Shown here: one piece after another, positions 14,641-27,652 of the stretch
Layout: every line of letters begins with the position of its first letter
Numbering within the stretch: the first letter of the stretch is position 1
Origin: Balanoglossus misakiensis
Taxonomy: Eukaryota; Animalia; Hemichordata
DNA: 64,000 nt
NCBI GenBank assembly: GCA_040954595.2
Contig: CM082586.2
Span: 4,884,509 to 4,948,508 of the forward strand
Direction of reading: 5' to 3'
Notes under the pieces: generated by a model
Told to the model about the DNA's origin: nothing
Databases searched by the model: none
The model's input: the letters and a program-made list of their open reading frames with translations, nothing else
Made by a program: the position numbers and the translations under genes

Positions 14641-15156
14641 TTATCTTGCAAAAACAACACTGATAAATTCTTAAACCGGGTTATCTGTTTCTTTCTGTTC
14701 GATACAACCTGTACTCCCGAGCCTACATTTCATGACAAATAAATCAAATTAAAGACTTTATGTTGATAAAGAGACGGACGCGGTTTATCGATCGCAAACC
14801 GGTACATCCCCGCGCCTTGTTACACCTGATCGCTATAAAAGCAGGTCGCAGCGCGCGCACAGCGGGCGCACAACCGCGCGCGGCGCGGCGATGTCGATTT
14901 CATCTGCGTAAGACGCGCAACTCTCCAATCTGGGCGCTATCCGACCGTTATCGCCGAGCTTGAAAACGTTTATCTTTAAGATGAGATAGCAAGACTTTTT
15001 CAAGCTTACGAGAGCTCTGAAGGACTAACCTTTACCCTTATCATAACTTTTACAGTTTCTTATCGTGTTCTTTGATAGACTCTGTCAATTACTAGACCGT
15101 AACACACCGTGTCGTGTGTCTTCCTCCCGTGTCCACGTATGAAAACCGAATTATCA
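14641..15156. promoter_or_regulatory. Candidate cis-regulatory module: dense GATA-site cluster around a TATA box and a CpG-rich core
   Basis: About 9 WGATAR/YTATCW sites counted by eye (14641, 14661, 14681, 14764, 14970, 14984, 15038, 15073, 15151). TATAAAA at 14834-14840 is followed by a CG-rich stretch at ~14845-14960. Confidence 0.45.
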
Positions 15157-16979
15157 AGTTTCGCCCTCCCCGCAATAAAAAAATCAGACGGTAAAATAAA
15201 TTATTAGGAAAACAAATAAACAACGGAGGAAATATATTTCAAATCTGACCTATGACCTTTGCAGGCGATGGTCTAGGTGATAGCTTTCGTTCGTTTTCAC
15301 AAGATTAACAAATATGACACAACATGCCAGGCTTAAGGTAAAGTCCACGTGAGAACGCTACTAATTAACCCGCCCGTCAAAGAACAGTGGAGTACATATT
15401 TTAAATAAATCGCACGTTTCATTAAAATTAGCTGTTCTGGGGAAACACCAAACTTGAGTCGTGAAAAGTTACCTCACAGAACAGAAACGTTCACAGGCTT
15501 TGCATACAATTACGTCGATCCACGATAGCAAGAGTGGGTCTCAGTGAATTTCTTAAGGATCCCCCTCTACGTTGACGAGTAAACCTTGAGAAGTGTTGTG
15601 AAGAAGCCAAGGGGTTAAGCTGGTATCATCAATTCTCCATCACTGCATTTTTTTCTGACCAATCATTCCTTACAATTTTAACAAAGTAATTTTTTTCTCA
15701 ACAAGCTGATGGGTTCATGCTCTACTTTTTTCCTGTTTTTTTTACACCTCAGTCATTTATTATTTTGGGTTCGAAGGTCAGACAGCTTCGAAAGCTGCTA
15801 TGTCCCGAGTTTATCAGTTTGACGGGTGATGACGTCATCTGGGGCGAGATTACGTCAATGGGAAAAACATCTCCACTTGAATTGATTTATTCAAATGAGT
15901 TTTAAAACGGTTAAACGAAAATGCATGTAGGAACTAGAAGAGGCCTGTAAAGGCAATCGTTGGTGTCCATGTTTGGTGGAATATAGTCGCCATTTTGTTT
16001 AATTGTAGACCCATCAACTTGTCGAGTATTCGTCTACTACCGAGTTAAAATCATGCTATTCCGTGGGGGGGGGGTCACATTTTTAATCTCTCTTAATATT
16101 TCCATCGTTTCTATTGTACACCACTGCGAAATACACGAGTGTGCACAAGAAAAAAGCTTGATGGTAATAAAAAGAAGTCTCTTGCCGACTTTCTTGTTGC
16201 ATTGATGGTCAGTCCGACTTATAAGCCAGGGTTTTCTCCGCGCATGCTCAAAATGGGTGTCAGCGCACATTAATTAATTTAGCATTTTTCTATCGACAGA
16301 TGAGGGGAAACATCTTGAGCATCACTACGTTAGACGATGATTAAGCAGGTTTTACAAGCACACTAATGATGTAAGGTGGGTTCTAAAGAGTCACGACAAA
16401 CAGCGCCAGAGATCAAAGTACGCCATCACAGACAAACAATCCGAAACAGATAAACGACATGCAGTAATGACAGCAGGGTTAAGTCAGCCGAAACCTCTGC
16501 CCCGGGAATTTTGACACATTTTTGGACGAATGGTGTGCAACTACAACATGCATTTAGCTGTAATCGGGGAGGAGGGGGGGGGGGGGGGTATTTGTACCAC
16601 ACGGTGCCAAAACACAAAAAGTTTTGCAGGCGCGTTCGTGGGCTGTTACGTCACCACCAGCACTTGCGTGAACTATCGACTCGGACTTGGATAACTGATT
16701 TGATGTCAATATGTATTGATGTGTATTTTATGTGTATTATGTATGTGTATATGTATAGGAATTCTATTTGATTGTAATAAACTATTCTTTTTATGGTTTC
16801 TAAACTGAGACAGTCGTAGCTCGTTGTGCAAACGGCAAAGTGCACGTGCTGCAAACCCCCTCAATTTACGTTGCCGAAGTTACAGACACGGCGTGCGCGT
16901 ATGTGGCGCCATGGCGGGTCTTTCAAAGCGCAAGAAATCGATCGCCCCCTCGGATCAGGGTGTTGCTGAAATAATCCAT

Positions 16980-17078
16980 TTAGTCCTTTCGTCACTGAGG
17001 TACATCTTAGCCCAAACCATTGTGTTCCATCGCCCGGGTTGGACATCTATAGGGAATTGGGGAGGGTGTCAGGAGTTA
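16980..17078 (+). mobile_element. Decayed copy of the small TTAA (piggyBac-like) MITE seen at 53306-53390
   Basis: Shares colinear internal blocks with 53306-53390 (CCTTTC, CCAAACC.ATTGT.TTC, GGTTGGAC.TCTATAG, GGAA.TGGGG). The termini are degenerate. Confidence 0.6.
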
Positions 17079-20000
17079 CATCCTAAAGTGATTCTAATTG
17101 TTTTCAATATAGACTGTTGCTCCATCGCTATCGGATTGGTTCGTATACCGTCCGATAAACAGATATACATGTACTTGTCTATAGTTGTATACAGCACTCC
17201 AAGATAGTTACAGGGAGGACAGACAGAGCGAAGGGGATATGTTGGGGATGGAGTGGGAAAAGTGATATAGAAACTGAGAGATAATTAGAGAAATGGAGAA
17301 AAAAAAATTGAGACAGATCAAGGAAAATAGCAACGCCTCCTCCCCAACACATACTTTCCATATTACTTGAAAGTGGGAGGGGCGGAAGACAGACATGTCC
17401 CCGGGGGGATACAGAGATATGAGGGCGATGAAGCCGCCGGGGACAGACAAACCCCTTAGATATGGGGACAGATCGGGACGGTCGCAGACAGTGTTATTAC
17501 AAAGAGATTTAAACAGGAGTAGCGATAAGGAGAAAAGTGATTCCTCGAGACAATGGTTGCAGACATTGGTATTTATGTGGACGGACCTGGTATTCACAAT
17601 ATCAACACAGCCTACACATACACCCATGCGACCAGCATTGTTATTTATCGACAATTTGTTTACAATCGGGACTGAAATTCAATCATCAATATTTGGTGCA
17701 TTTTACGCGTGCAATGTGTTGAGTCATGGCGTTTCAAAACTGGTAACTGCATGCACTGAACATAGGAATATCAAGTTGAAATCTCCTATACCCCTCGGGC
17801 TATGGCCCTGGAACGTATAGGGACTGTTGAACCCTGAATGTACGCCGAGAATCTGGTATTGTGGATTATATACTGACCAGGAGGATGCGCGTTGCTTAAC
17901 ATTTGCTGCATAAAACAGCATTCCAGTGTTGAAACAACTAACACACACAACCTTGTTAAACGTTTTTTTTTTAAATATTAAAACGCGTTTTATTGGTAGC
18001 TGCTGCCGAACCAGACCATTTCTTACAGACCCAATTAGACGGAATTAAAACAGATTGGTTCGGCTGCACCAAGTATGCCGGGAGTAAGAGGGGGTTTGGT
18101 TAGTGTTTAACCATCGCGGCGCCGCTGTGTCGATCTCCAGGCCTGTCGGTCGAGGAGTCGTTGCCTGGGACCGCTCCCACGTAACACCGCGAGCAGCCCC
18201 GTCACGGGACCACAGCGAGGCAGCCGGTTACCAGGCGACAGTCGAGGAGGGGCCCAGCGCGTTTTTTTGTTTCCTTCTTCAGGGCGCAGTTAACACGTTG
18301 TGGGATGTGTAGCTATTCGCATTAATCATCTCCCATAAATACCGATACAGGGTGACGGTATAACTAACGGGGAAGACATTTGGAAGCCGGCGAAATCAGG
18401 TATGGCATATCTCTTATGAACCGTTACGTCAAATAGCTGAGTTGTCAAAAACCGCTATAACAATGATATAAACCCTGCTACAACTCTATACACCGAAATA
18501 TTTTATAGTTTCTGTCAAGTTTCATGTTGTATTTTATTTGCTGCGTGGAGAATATTCAGCTTGTTGGCTGTGCCGAATTCCTATTTACTAAACGGTTGAC
18601 AACTGTACAGCGCGTCTCTCAATAGAGTGTTACACGTGGTATAAAGTTATCAATATTGGATGTGTGCACACAAAAACGTGGGTTTATGACCGGCTACCGG
18701 ACTGTCGGTAGCTATAATATCATGATTGCACTGACAACTCCCGGCCCTACCCCCCATCGGACTGTAGGGGCACGGGGCCGCGGCTTCTAGTCATCTTCTG
18801 GTCTGTCAGCTTCATCTGGCAAACACGGACTTCTTGTTCCGATTTATTTAAATTTCTGTGCGTCGTCCAGAAAACGGGTCGCGGAAGCGCCGCGCCCAAT
18901 CCCTTCTGCCACTGAGACAGAACACATCACAGATTTACAAAACAGACCGAGAAGGTTGTAATGCCAAGCATGTCCAACGCCTCCTCCAAACACCCGCTGG
19001 AAATTCGAGAATTTGTTGGACAATGCTAAGTAGGTTTAAATCGTTAGAAGCACATAGCGAAGAATCCAAAATGTCACTCGGAACTACAGGAAGTAGTAAA
19101 ATGTCAAAGCTGCGAGTTGTGCTTGTAGCGTCGCCACTTCAACTTCTTTATTGGAAATCTTAAAGTACTGGTATCTCCTTGGGACCCCCTTTGCCGTTTT
19201 AGTCATTTGTGGTTATGATATTCTTGCAACTCACGAAAACCCTTGAGTTTTCGAAATTTCTCTTCCGTTTCTCTGTCCCTCTGTCTACTTAATATTCTTC
19301 TTATCCCTCCTCTCTCTCCCCTCCCTCTCTTACTTCAAGAAAACCCAATGTGCAAAATGCATCTTTGAGACGTTTTTTTTCGAAAATCGTCCAAAAAGGG
19401 AAAGTAACAATCTCACAGGTCAGAGCTGAACAAATCCAATGAGCAAGTAAACAAATAAATAGACATATTCATCAAGCCCCATTTCCCGTCTTCATCCATA
19501 AGTGACACGAAAAAGAACTTTCGAACAACTTTTACAGGATGCAGTTTGACCTCCCGGGCAAATAAATAACCGATCTCTTCAAGTGTGCTCCAGAAAGAAA
19601 ACTAACACAAAGCGACTCTGACCCAACAGCGAGTGATATTGACAGGTAGAAGTAAAACGTTACTAAGTGTGGCACTCCCCAGGTCGCTGCTGGAAGGAAC
19701 GGTTGGTAAAGAGAAAAAAAGACATAAAACGCCACCTTGACTCCGTAATCCGGTCAAGTGGGCTGTTTTCCCCCTCTGTGTCAATTCCTACCCCCGGTTT
19801 AAAACGTTTCATTAAAAGCACGCAGCGAGTTTGCATTTGGCATCAACAACAACAGGTTTGCTTGTCATATACTTTGAAAGACTGATGGGTACGACTTACA
19901 TAATGAATTACCATATAACCGTAAAACATGTGTAATGTGACTATTTTATCATCTACACGATCCTATCCGTATTTTCTTTGAATTGCCAATAAATGCATGG

Positions 20001-21829
20001 AATATGGCAGGTTTGGCCGCTGAGAAATCTCTGAAGAAAAGCGAATTACACGCAACACCACCGCTGCCTGTCTGGCGACTAGCGACTGGTGACATGTACT
20101 CCAAACACATCATTCATCGGGGCTTTTGCATTTCGCACTGTAAACTATTAAAGTGCCGTGTGAATTATTTCACAAAGGGGTTAATTTTGCGTAAAATTAA
20201 GTGGGAGGGGAACCATCTGACTAGCCGGTGGTAACTCAAATAGCGCGAATCATCTCAACTGCAGGTAGCTCCATCAAGCCGGTCTTGACAGCGCTCCGGG
20301 GCGTTTATGTTAGTCGTTCACACTACACTGTATGTTGCTGTAATGTTTCGCCGTGAACAGTAATTACATGCAGTGGCTAAATTACGCAAAGAGGAGAACG
20401 CGATGTTCTGACAAGAAAAACAAGCGCGTTTTTTTTTTTGGCCGGCGGTGTTTGACGGGCGCCTGGAGTACTGACTCGAAGACTTGAGAAGGACTAGATT
20501 GAAAAGCACGCAGCTCTAAGTTTATACGGAATGAAGTAATCAGCGCGACTTGGCAATTAAAACACGCAGCACTGCAACACAGCATGACCCCGTCGCCATC
20601 GTCGAAATCTCAGATATGCGAAATGCGAATGCATTAAGCCGAGTTCCCCCCGGGGCAACTCTCCAATCGCCCCGATCGCCGGCACAGCGCGCTGTTCCCC
20701 CACTCGGGCTTCAAGCCTCGGGTCCCTCTCAATCGCTGGAAAATTGATTCACTTTCACTCCCTTTTAATTGAAACAATAGCTTCGGTTGAAAAATTAATA
20801 CCATCTTGTTCAACTTTCAGAAAGACTCTCTGTCGGTGTGTGTTACGGTTTCTTCTTTAAAAAACCTCACGTGCCATAGACTAAAAAAAACGGCCGTTGC
20901 AGACTGATCTTGACGCGTTTCAGGGAACTCAGCGACACTGCGCAATTTGTTTATTAATTGTCGATTTCATCCTAAATGATGTCCCTTTCCGTTCGGTGAG
21001 GAGAGTACATTTGTAATCGGGCAGAACAAATAATTTAAAAGTTACAACTTCCGTTTCGCATTAATTGAATAAATTTTGAGAAGTGGGTGGGAAAGTGGCC
21101 TTAAACAAACTTACTAATTGATGTTAGTTCATTGTTTCCCTAATTTAGTTTCGGGCTTTTAACTTTTCCTGTAGCAGAGGAAATCCTCCGTAAATCTACT
21201 GATAAATTCTACAGATTTTCTGCTTGTCTGTGAGACGTATTGTGCGTGATTTTCCACTCGTCTTGCATTTATATTCTCGAGTTCACGGTCAAACAGGCTT
21301 TCCCCCTTGGTGACTTGAACGCTAAGTTGCAGTCGACTTGGGCAATCCCATTTCATTACAGGGGTTTCCAGTTCATATCGCTCAAAATTCCTGCAGCGAG
21401 TTGTGTATGTGTAGATACTGGTAAACCTATCTGATAGCGAGAATACCCGTTGACAGTAAACAAGCTGAGGAATGGGAAATTATTTTCAGACGAGATGTTT
21501 TTCTCGATTTAGACTTGTGTACATGGGTCTCCTGAATTTCAACTTCTAGACCAATACACCTTACCATAATTATTTACAGGTGATAACTATGTTATAGAAG
21601 GGACAATGGCAAGTATGCCCATACTTTATGTGTGTAGCAGATGGCATGGAGTACACGGCAACCCTCGCAGTGGGTCCTCTTGTGCCTATGACCATAAATC
21701 TTGTGGAAATAACTTTGGACATGCTCGCATTGTGACATCCTCAATGGTCAGATAGCCTCAACCCCCCAATAAAATTATTAAATGTTATCATTGTATGTGG
21801 CGTGATCGGCTTCCGATGCTACACCGTAC

Positions 21830-21847
21830 GCACACACACACACACAC
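21830..21847. repeat. (CA)n microsatellite
   Basis: CACACACACACACACAC. Confidence 0.85.
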
Positions 21848-22192
21848 CGGTCCCTATCATGATTTACACATACGTGTATTGACACGCTCAATTAGATACA
21901 CCTTGCGCGCAGCAATTCGGTTCACACGCACCAACCATATATACAGGAATGCCAATGGCTAAGCTTCGCGTGTGAGTCTTCGCCGCTTCCACCCGACCCC
22001 GGTCTTCGAAGTAACCAGGCAAAAAACCCCAGCGCCGTTGTTTCTAATCTCGCAACTGGGCCCCAAAACCCACACTTGAGATAATTTTACGATATAATTA
22101 CAGTTGTTGAGATACGCGTATGATAACGCGGATCGGGCGTCAAAAACCCACTTTTGGAAATGTCAGGTTGGAAGAAACTCCTGTATTTCGAC

Positions 22193-22261
22193 AAACGGTG
22201 CAATCTCTGCTTAACAGAGAAATTTATTATCATTCGCAAGCCGGAAAAATCAACACTCAAC
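22193..22261 (+). mobile_element. Short relic of a Penelope-like retroelement (C-terminal end of the GIY-YIG endonuclease region)
   Basis: Translates KRCNLCLTEKFIIIRKPEKSTLN, matching the xRCxLCLxEKxxI...xTLN motif typical of PLE ORF C-termini. Recognised from memory of the family; no search was run. Confidence 0.6.
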
Positions 22262-25200
22262 ACATACATCTCACCAGTTACACACATTGTTATGCAAAAC
22301 GGCCCACCCCAACCACCTGTGTACCTGCATATAAACGCGCACATGTATATGACGTCATGCACTCATTACGTCATCACTACGGTGTGTTGACGAGAAAAGT
22401 GAGAGCCGTGATCTCACTGCCGTTAATTCAGCACGCATCAGTACCATAGTAATTGGCCATTTCGATCGGTTCAAATGGAAATTTTGATCGCCGACTAAAT
22501 GTCAGTTTGCTTATTAGAAGAGGAATAAACTCTCTAAACCGTAGAATCACATCATATCTTCAACAAACAAAGTCGTTAGGCGAACCAAGTGTCCTCTTCT
22601 GTTCGGAGATATGCGGAGAGAACGACGCTCATAACAACACAACGGACAGCATATCGGGGAAGTTGGAGATATGGGGACACAGAAACGATGTCATATCACC
22701 AGGGGTGCGATGTCTTGGGCTAATATCGTTTGTTGTCGGTTCTCGAATGTTTTTTATCAGTGCACGATAGCAGTGGGCCAGCCACTAATGCAACACTTGA
22801 TATGATTGGGCGAGGGAAACGTCAGCCGAGCGCTCAGCGTGCTGTGTGGTTCGCCCTTCAAACAACGGATTCGAATTCTATAGATCTTGTCAGGTGGTCA
22901 AAGTTCACAACCATTAATAAACCCGGCCCGCCTTGGTCTTACAGCTTTACCTCTTGGTCAAATGTGGAAGACTTTATACTCGAGAAACTTCGATAGTCAA
23001 TTTTGATGAACAAATGTAAGTCTATCAATGCGCAATCAGGGAAGTCAATTTACTACAGCGCTGAAAAGTTGAAAATCTTGTTTCTGACAGAATCACTTCT
23101 CCTTGCCCGTTATTGTCTGGATACCGATGTATACTGTACCCCCATTTTGCTCGTTTACTCTGTCTGTCTCTCTCCTTGACATTTCTTATAGTCGTCAACT
23201 TTATACAAATTACTCCACTACCCAATTCACTTCCAGAACGCACTGCTAAATTTGTTCATATGTCACAGGGTTCGACCTTCACCAACACGCGTAACCTATG
23301 ACCCAACAATTACCTGGCCAAAATGGCAGCGAGCAAACAAACGAATCCCGGATTATCTAACGGATCGTCTAAATTTTGTTTTAATTACCGAATTCCTGCT
23401 ATTTTTGCCCGGCGTTGATATCGACCCGGCGCCGCCGAGCAACCCGTCGCGGTTTCGCGCTGCACTCGTACCTCGCGTCGAATATGCAGTATCGCCGGTT
23501 GTATCTGTATGGTGTATTTTAAGAGTTTTTGATTAGGTATAGCGTTGTGTAAGTAGCTGTGGCAATTCTATCATAACGTGCGAGATATCCGTGACGGTGG
23601 CGAGTGGGGCACATGTCTGGGGTGACGCTGATAAAAACGATTGTGATGTCGGTCACGGTGTTAGTCGGTCAGTGTCGATTTTCTCACGCGGAAGCATCGC
23701 ATATTTGCGTCGACGGGGAGGTGTTTGAGTGGAGTGGTGGTGTGATTGTGAGCCCGAACAAATGTCCACCTCGCATTTATTTTCTTCAAAACTTTAGTTT
23801 GTTGAGTTTGAGCCACTTGACGAGGGGGGGGGGGCATTGTGACACAAAGGTGACAATGGTACCAGAATCTGAAGTCCACTTGAGTCCGTTCGACGTCTTG
23901 ACAAGCGTGTTGTAAATTGCCGCCCGTTGCTAAAAATACACGGGCGGTACCGTTCTCGCGGCGCTCTGCACACCGCGGCGGCGGGCATCACAGTCGCCGG
24001 GGTCGTGACAACCTCCGGCTCCAACTGCTTGTACGTACCCTCGTATATCATGCGTTCTGTAAACTCCCAGTCACCTGCACTGAAGTGTTATGCCACTTTC
24101 TTCTATACAAGCAAGGCCTGAAATTATCGACGCAGTCTGGAGTGAAGTTGTCATACTAGGGCCAGGTCTACTTACTCCATTCAGTCCTAACGGTGGAAAT
24201 AATTCTTTGGAACGTGAAACTTTCACTTTTAATTTCACGTTAATTAAGTTTAAATGAGGCTCAGGCGACCACCGGTTGAAGCAAGTCACGGATACGTACT
24301 GAGGAGTCGGCGTGGCATACACGATACATTCCATCAGGTGGTTGCCATATACACATACAAATTCTTAGTACACACATACATATGCTGCAAATTGCTTGTT
24401 GATCAGTAAACATATTAGAATTGCAGTGTTTTCATTGAGAATAGGTCCAATCATGTTCACTGTACGCAAACGAAATAAATTTACGAAAGTTAAATGCCAG
24501 ACACAAAGATATTATGCTCTTTTATGTTGACCGTTGTTTACAATGTATGAATACCGTATTTCTATTCATGGCTTCGACGCGTGCTTGAAACCACATTGTC
24601 GCTGATGGTGTACAGTTTCTCTCAGTGAAAACATTTACCCTCAAGAACTTTCACTCAAATAAACAGGCGTCAGTAACATCTGTCAGCTACTCTATCTTAA
24701 TACAGTCACAGGTTTATAATAAACTTCTCCTTATCGCGGAAACAAAGCAAACACGCGCTTCAGTCAGGGCAGACAAGAACGGTCGTGCTATCGATTTGTT
24801 GGAACTTGTGAACTGTAGGGTCGAAGGCACTTTCGTTCGCGGGGGTCAGTAGTTCGCGGCCACTCGTCCGTTATCAAGATATTCCAATAATCTCTCTTCA
24901 ACGAAGGACTTCCAGGAAAATATAAAATCACTGTCTCCTAGCGAGACAGCAACGAAGACCAATATGAACGATGTTATGCTCTATTATGCCAGAAAGTGCT
25001 CGTCTGGCCTTAGGGGCGTACAATCAGCCAGAAATCATCATGGCCGCCCAGACCTGCCGGGCATACATTACGACAACAGCGATGATTGTTTTCCCGCCCA
25101 GAAATTTTGCACCACGGGTTTAAAAAGTGCAAATTTAACGAATATTACTTTAATTCAATTCAATTCCTTTCACCAGTACCACGGGTGTCCACCGTGAGAT

Positions 25201-25605
25201 CGAAAGACACAGGTGGGCCAAACTTAATGCATGATGTGGTACAACTCAAATATCATTCCCTTTTACACCGCTATTCTCGCATTCTCTGGTTTGCGTGCGT
25301 TTTTGATCTGACTGATTCTAGATAAGTCTGGTTCCCCCCGGGCTCTCCATTAAGCAGTGCACCAAATGAGCCATGCCATCGGAAATCGCAATAATTGTCC
25401 GCGATTCGAAACACTTTAATTAATAGTTAGCACTGCCATGTTTTCACGCATTTAGGCCTACCGTCGGAAATCGTCAATTATAGGTCAACAGCGATCAACG
25501 TGTTACTAGATTGCCGAAGCTCGCAGGCAAATGCTTCGACACAGCTCACGGTTGCCTTACAACCCCGGCTTACATCAATGCGCAATCCTCTCCGCTCCGC
25601 TCACA

Positions 25606-25654
25606 GAAGTCAGTTGCTCACACAAAGTCCGTTGCTCATGAAGTCCGTTGCTCA
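25606..25654. repeat. Short tandem repeat, 3 x AAGTCmGTTGCTCA
   Basis: aagtcagttgctca-caca-aagtccgttgctca-tg-aagtccgttgctca. Confidence 0.8.
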
Positions 25655-25938
25655 AAGAGTCCAGACCAGCTAGTTATATTCCAAATTCCCAAGGCGATGT
25701 GGAGTGACGTGCTCCTCCCAGGCAGTGTTGAGAAGTGTTCCTCGTGGTTTTTGTGAGAATGCCTTTGATATGGGTGACCATCTGCAGGGTTAACTAATAT
25801 TTAAATGAAGCTAGTTGAAAAGGCAGGGCCTTTTGTTATGCAAAGAAAAAGCTACCCTCTCTCGACCAAGCAACTAAACAGGGTGTGTCGTAACACTGTG
25901 TAGTTGGCTATATTGATGGGCTGTTATTCAGGTCAAAA

Positions 25939-26004
25939 AGAGAGAGGGGGAGAGAGAGAGAGAGTCAGCCAGCCAGCCAGACAGACAGACAGACAGACAG
26001 ACAG
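25939..26004. repeat. Compound microsatellite (GA)n-(GCCA)n-(GACA)n
   Basis: gagagagagagagagtcagccagccagccagacagacagacagacagacagacag. Confidence 0.85.
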
Positions 26005-27605
26005 AAACAATAGTATGAACATTCTTTTACAAAGCCACAAAACCGCACATTTTCCTCTCCGCCGAAACTACATTCAGGGCAGCCCGTTGCATCTGCAGCT
26101 TTTAATGAATAATGAACCAATCTATAAAAAATACATTCAAAGACAGTCGACGGCACATTTATGCTCTGGAAAGAATCCTGCTCCGATAACGGGGGAGTAT
26201 CGCGAAGTATCGATGGCAATTGATGGGGAATTTTATGAAAGAGACAAGAAAATCCTTGTAAACCGATAGGCCTACAGGCGAGACGTCTGCCAGGGTACAG
26301 CAAGCCACTGGGCGGACTAGCGTTTGACACAAGCCAGAAGGAAACGCGCTCTTTTTATTGGAAAAAGGGAGTACATGTACCGTGTGTGTTTGTGATACGC
26401 TTCTTGAAGAGGGCACGCATAGTTACATGTATTTTTTGCTCTCTTGAGAAAAAACCAATGAGCACTTAGTTACTCTGGGAGCAATTTTCAACACGGTCAT
26501 AGCAACCGCGGTCAGTGGCTGAACAATGTGTAGGAAGTTCTCCCCGGATGTATATGGCGCTTACACAACCGGAAGACGTAAAAGAGTGAAAGGCGCGCCT
26601 GGGCATCAGTATGGGCGTTTTATGGCTTCAACTTAAATCATTTTGACCGTATGACCAGACGATGGCAATATCGAAATGCGTTAACGGGTGAACGAATATA
26701 TAAAAGTGAATTTATGGACATTTCGGGTCGTTCCTGTCTGGTATTACCGCCGCTGACAAAAAAGGTGCCTAAAATGGACCCCGGAATCGCTCGCGGCAGA
26801 CCGTATGCGCGACAATGGCTAAATGCTCGTTACCAACTATCAAAGTCGTTCACAGCGAAATCAGGCCCTCCATCAGAGACGAATAAAGTGTCTATTTTGT
26901 GCAACTATCTCATTAACCCTGACAGAGGAGGACGAGCAGACAAAAAAAATTAACCATTAGTGCCGTCCTTGCTGATTCTCGTCAGCCGTCTAAACGAGAT
27001 CCCGCGATCGTATTTCCCCGAGATAAACGGCTATACGCGCGCTGGTGATTGCCATCAAGCCGGAGACATTGACATTTGCCAATTGGACCCAGTCGAGTCC
27101 ATCGCCCATTTCGAAAATGATGTTTTTCATTGCAGTAACGCAAAAAAGCGCAAAGCCCCTGGTATTCGTTCCGCGCTTAATGGCGCGTCGGATCGGAATG
27201 CAGACCGCGATGCGTTTCCACTCAAAAGTTTTTAAAACGCAACCCACTCACAACGCGCCCGCCCCCAATTCCAAGACACTTCCTCGTCGCCTTCGTGTCT
27301 TCACCGGTGATTGTTTCCGTACCGCGAGAGTCTCGGACCGAGGAAAAAAAAGCACTGGCTAGCGCTCTCTTGGGGATCTGTAACTGCTTAATTTGATTTC
27401 TTTGCGCCGAGCGGAGAGCCACTCGACCGGTGGGTCAGTTTAAAATTCCATCATGTATTTGCGATGGAATGAAAGGCCAAACTACGACAAATTACACAGT
27501 GTGTCTAAAACACCACTGAGAGGAGTCCACGCATTTTAAAAAATAATTATTACGTGTACACAGTCCCAAAATGAGTGTTTTTTTAGCATATCAGAAATTT
27601 ATTGA

Positions 27606-27652
27606 AGGAGAGAGAGGGTTGAGGGAGAGAGAGAGAGAGAGGGGGAGAGAGA
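27606..27652. repeat. Imperfect (GA)n microsatellite
   Basis: GA-rich run. Confidence 0.8.
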
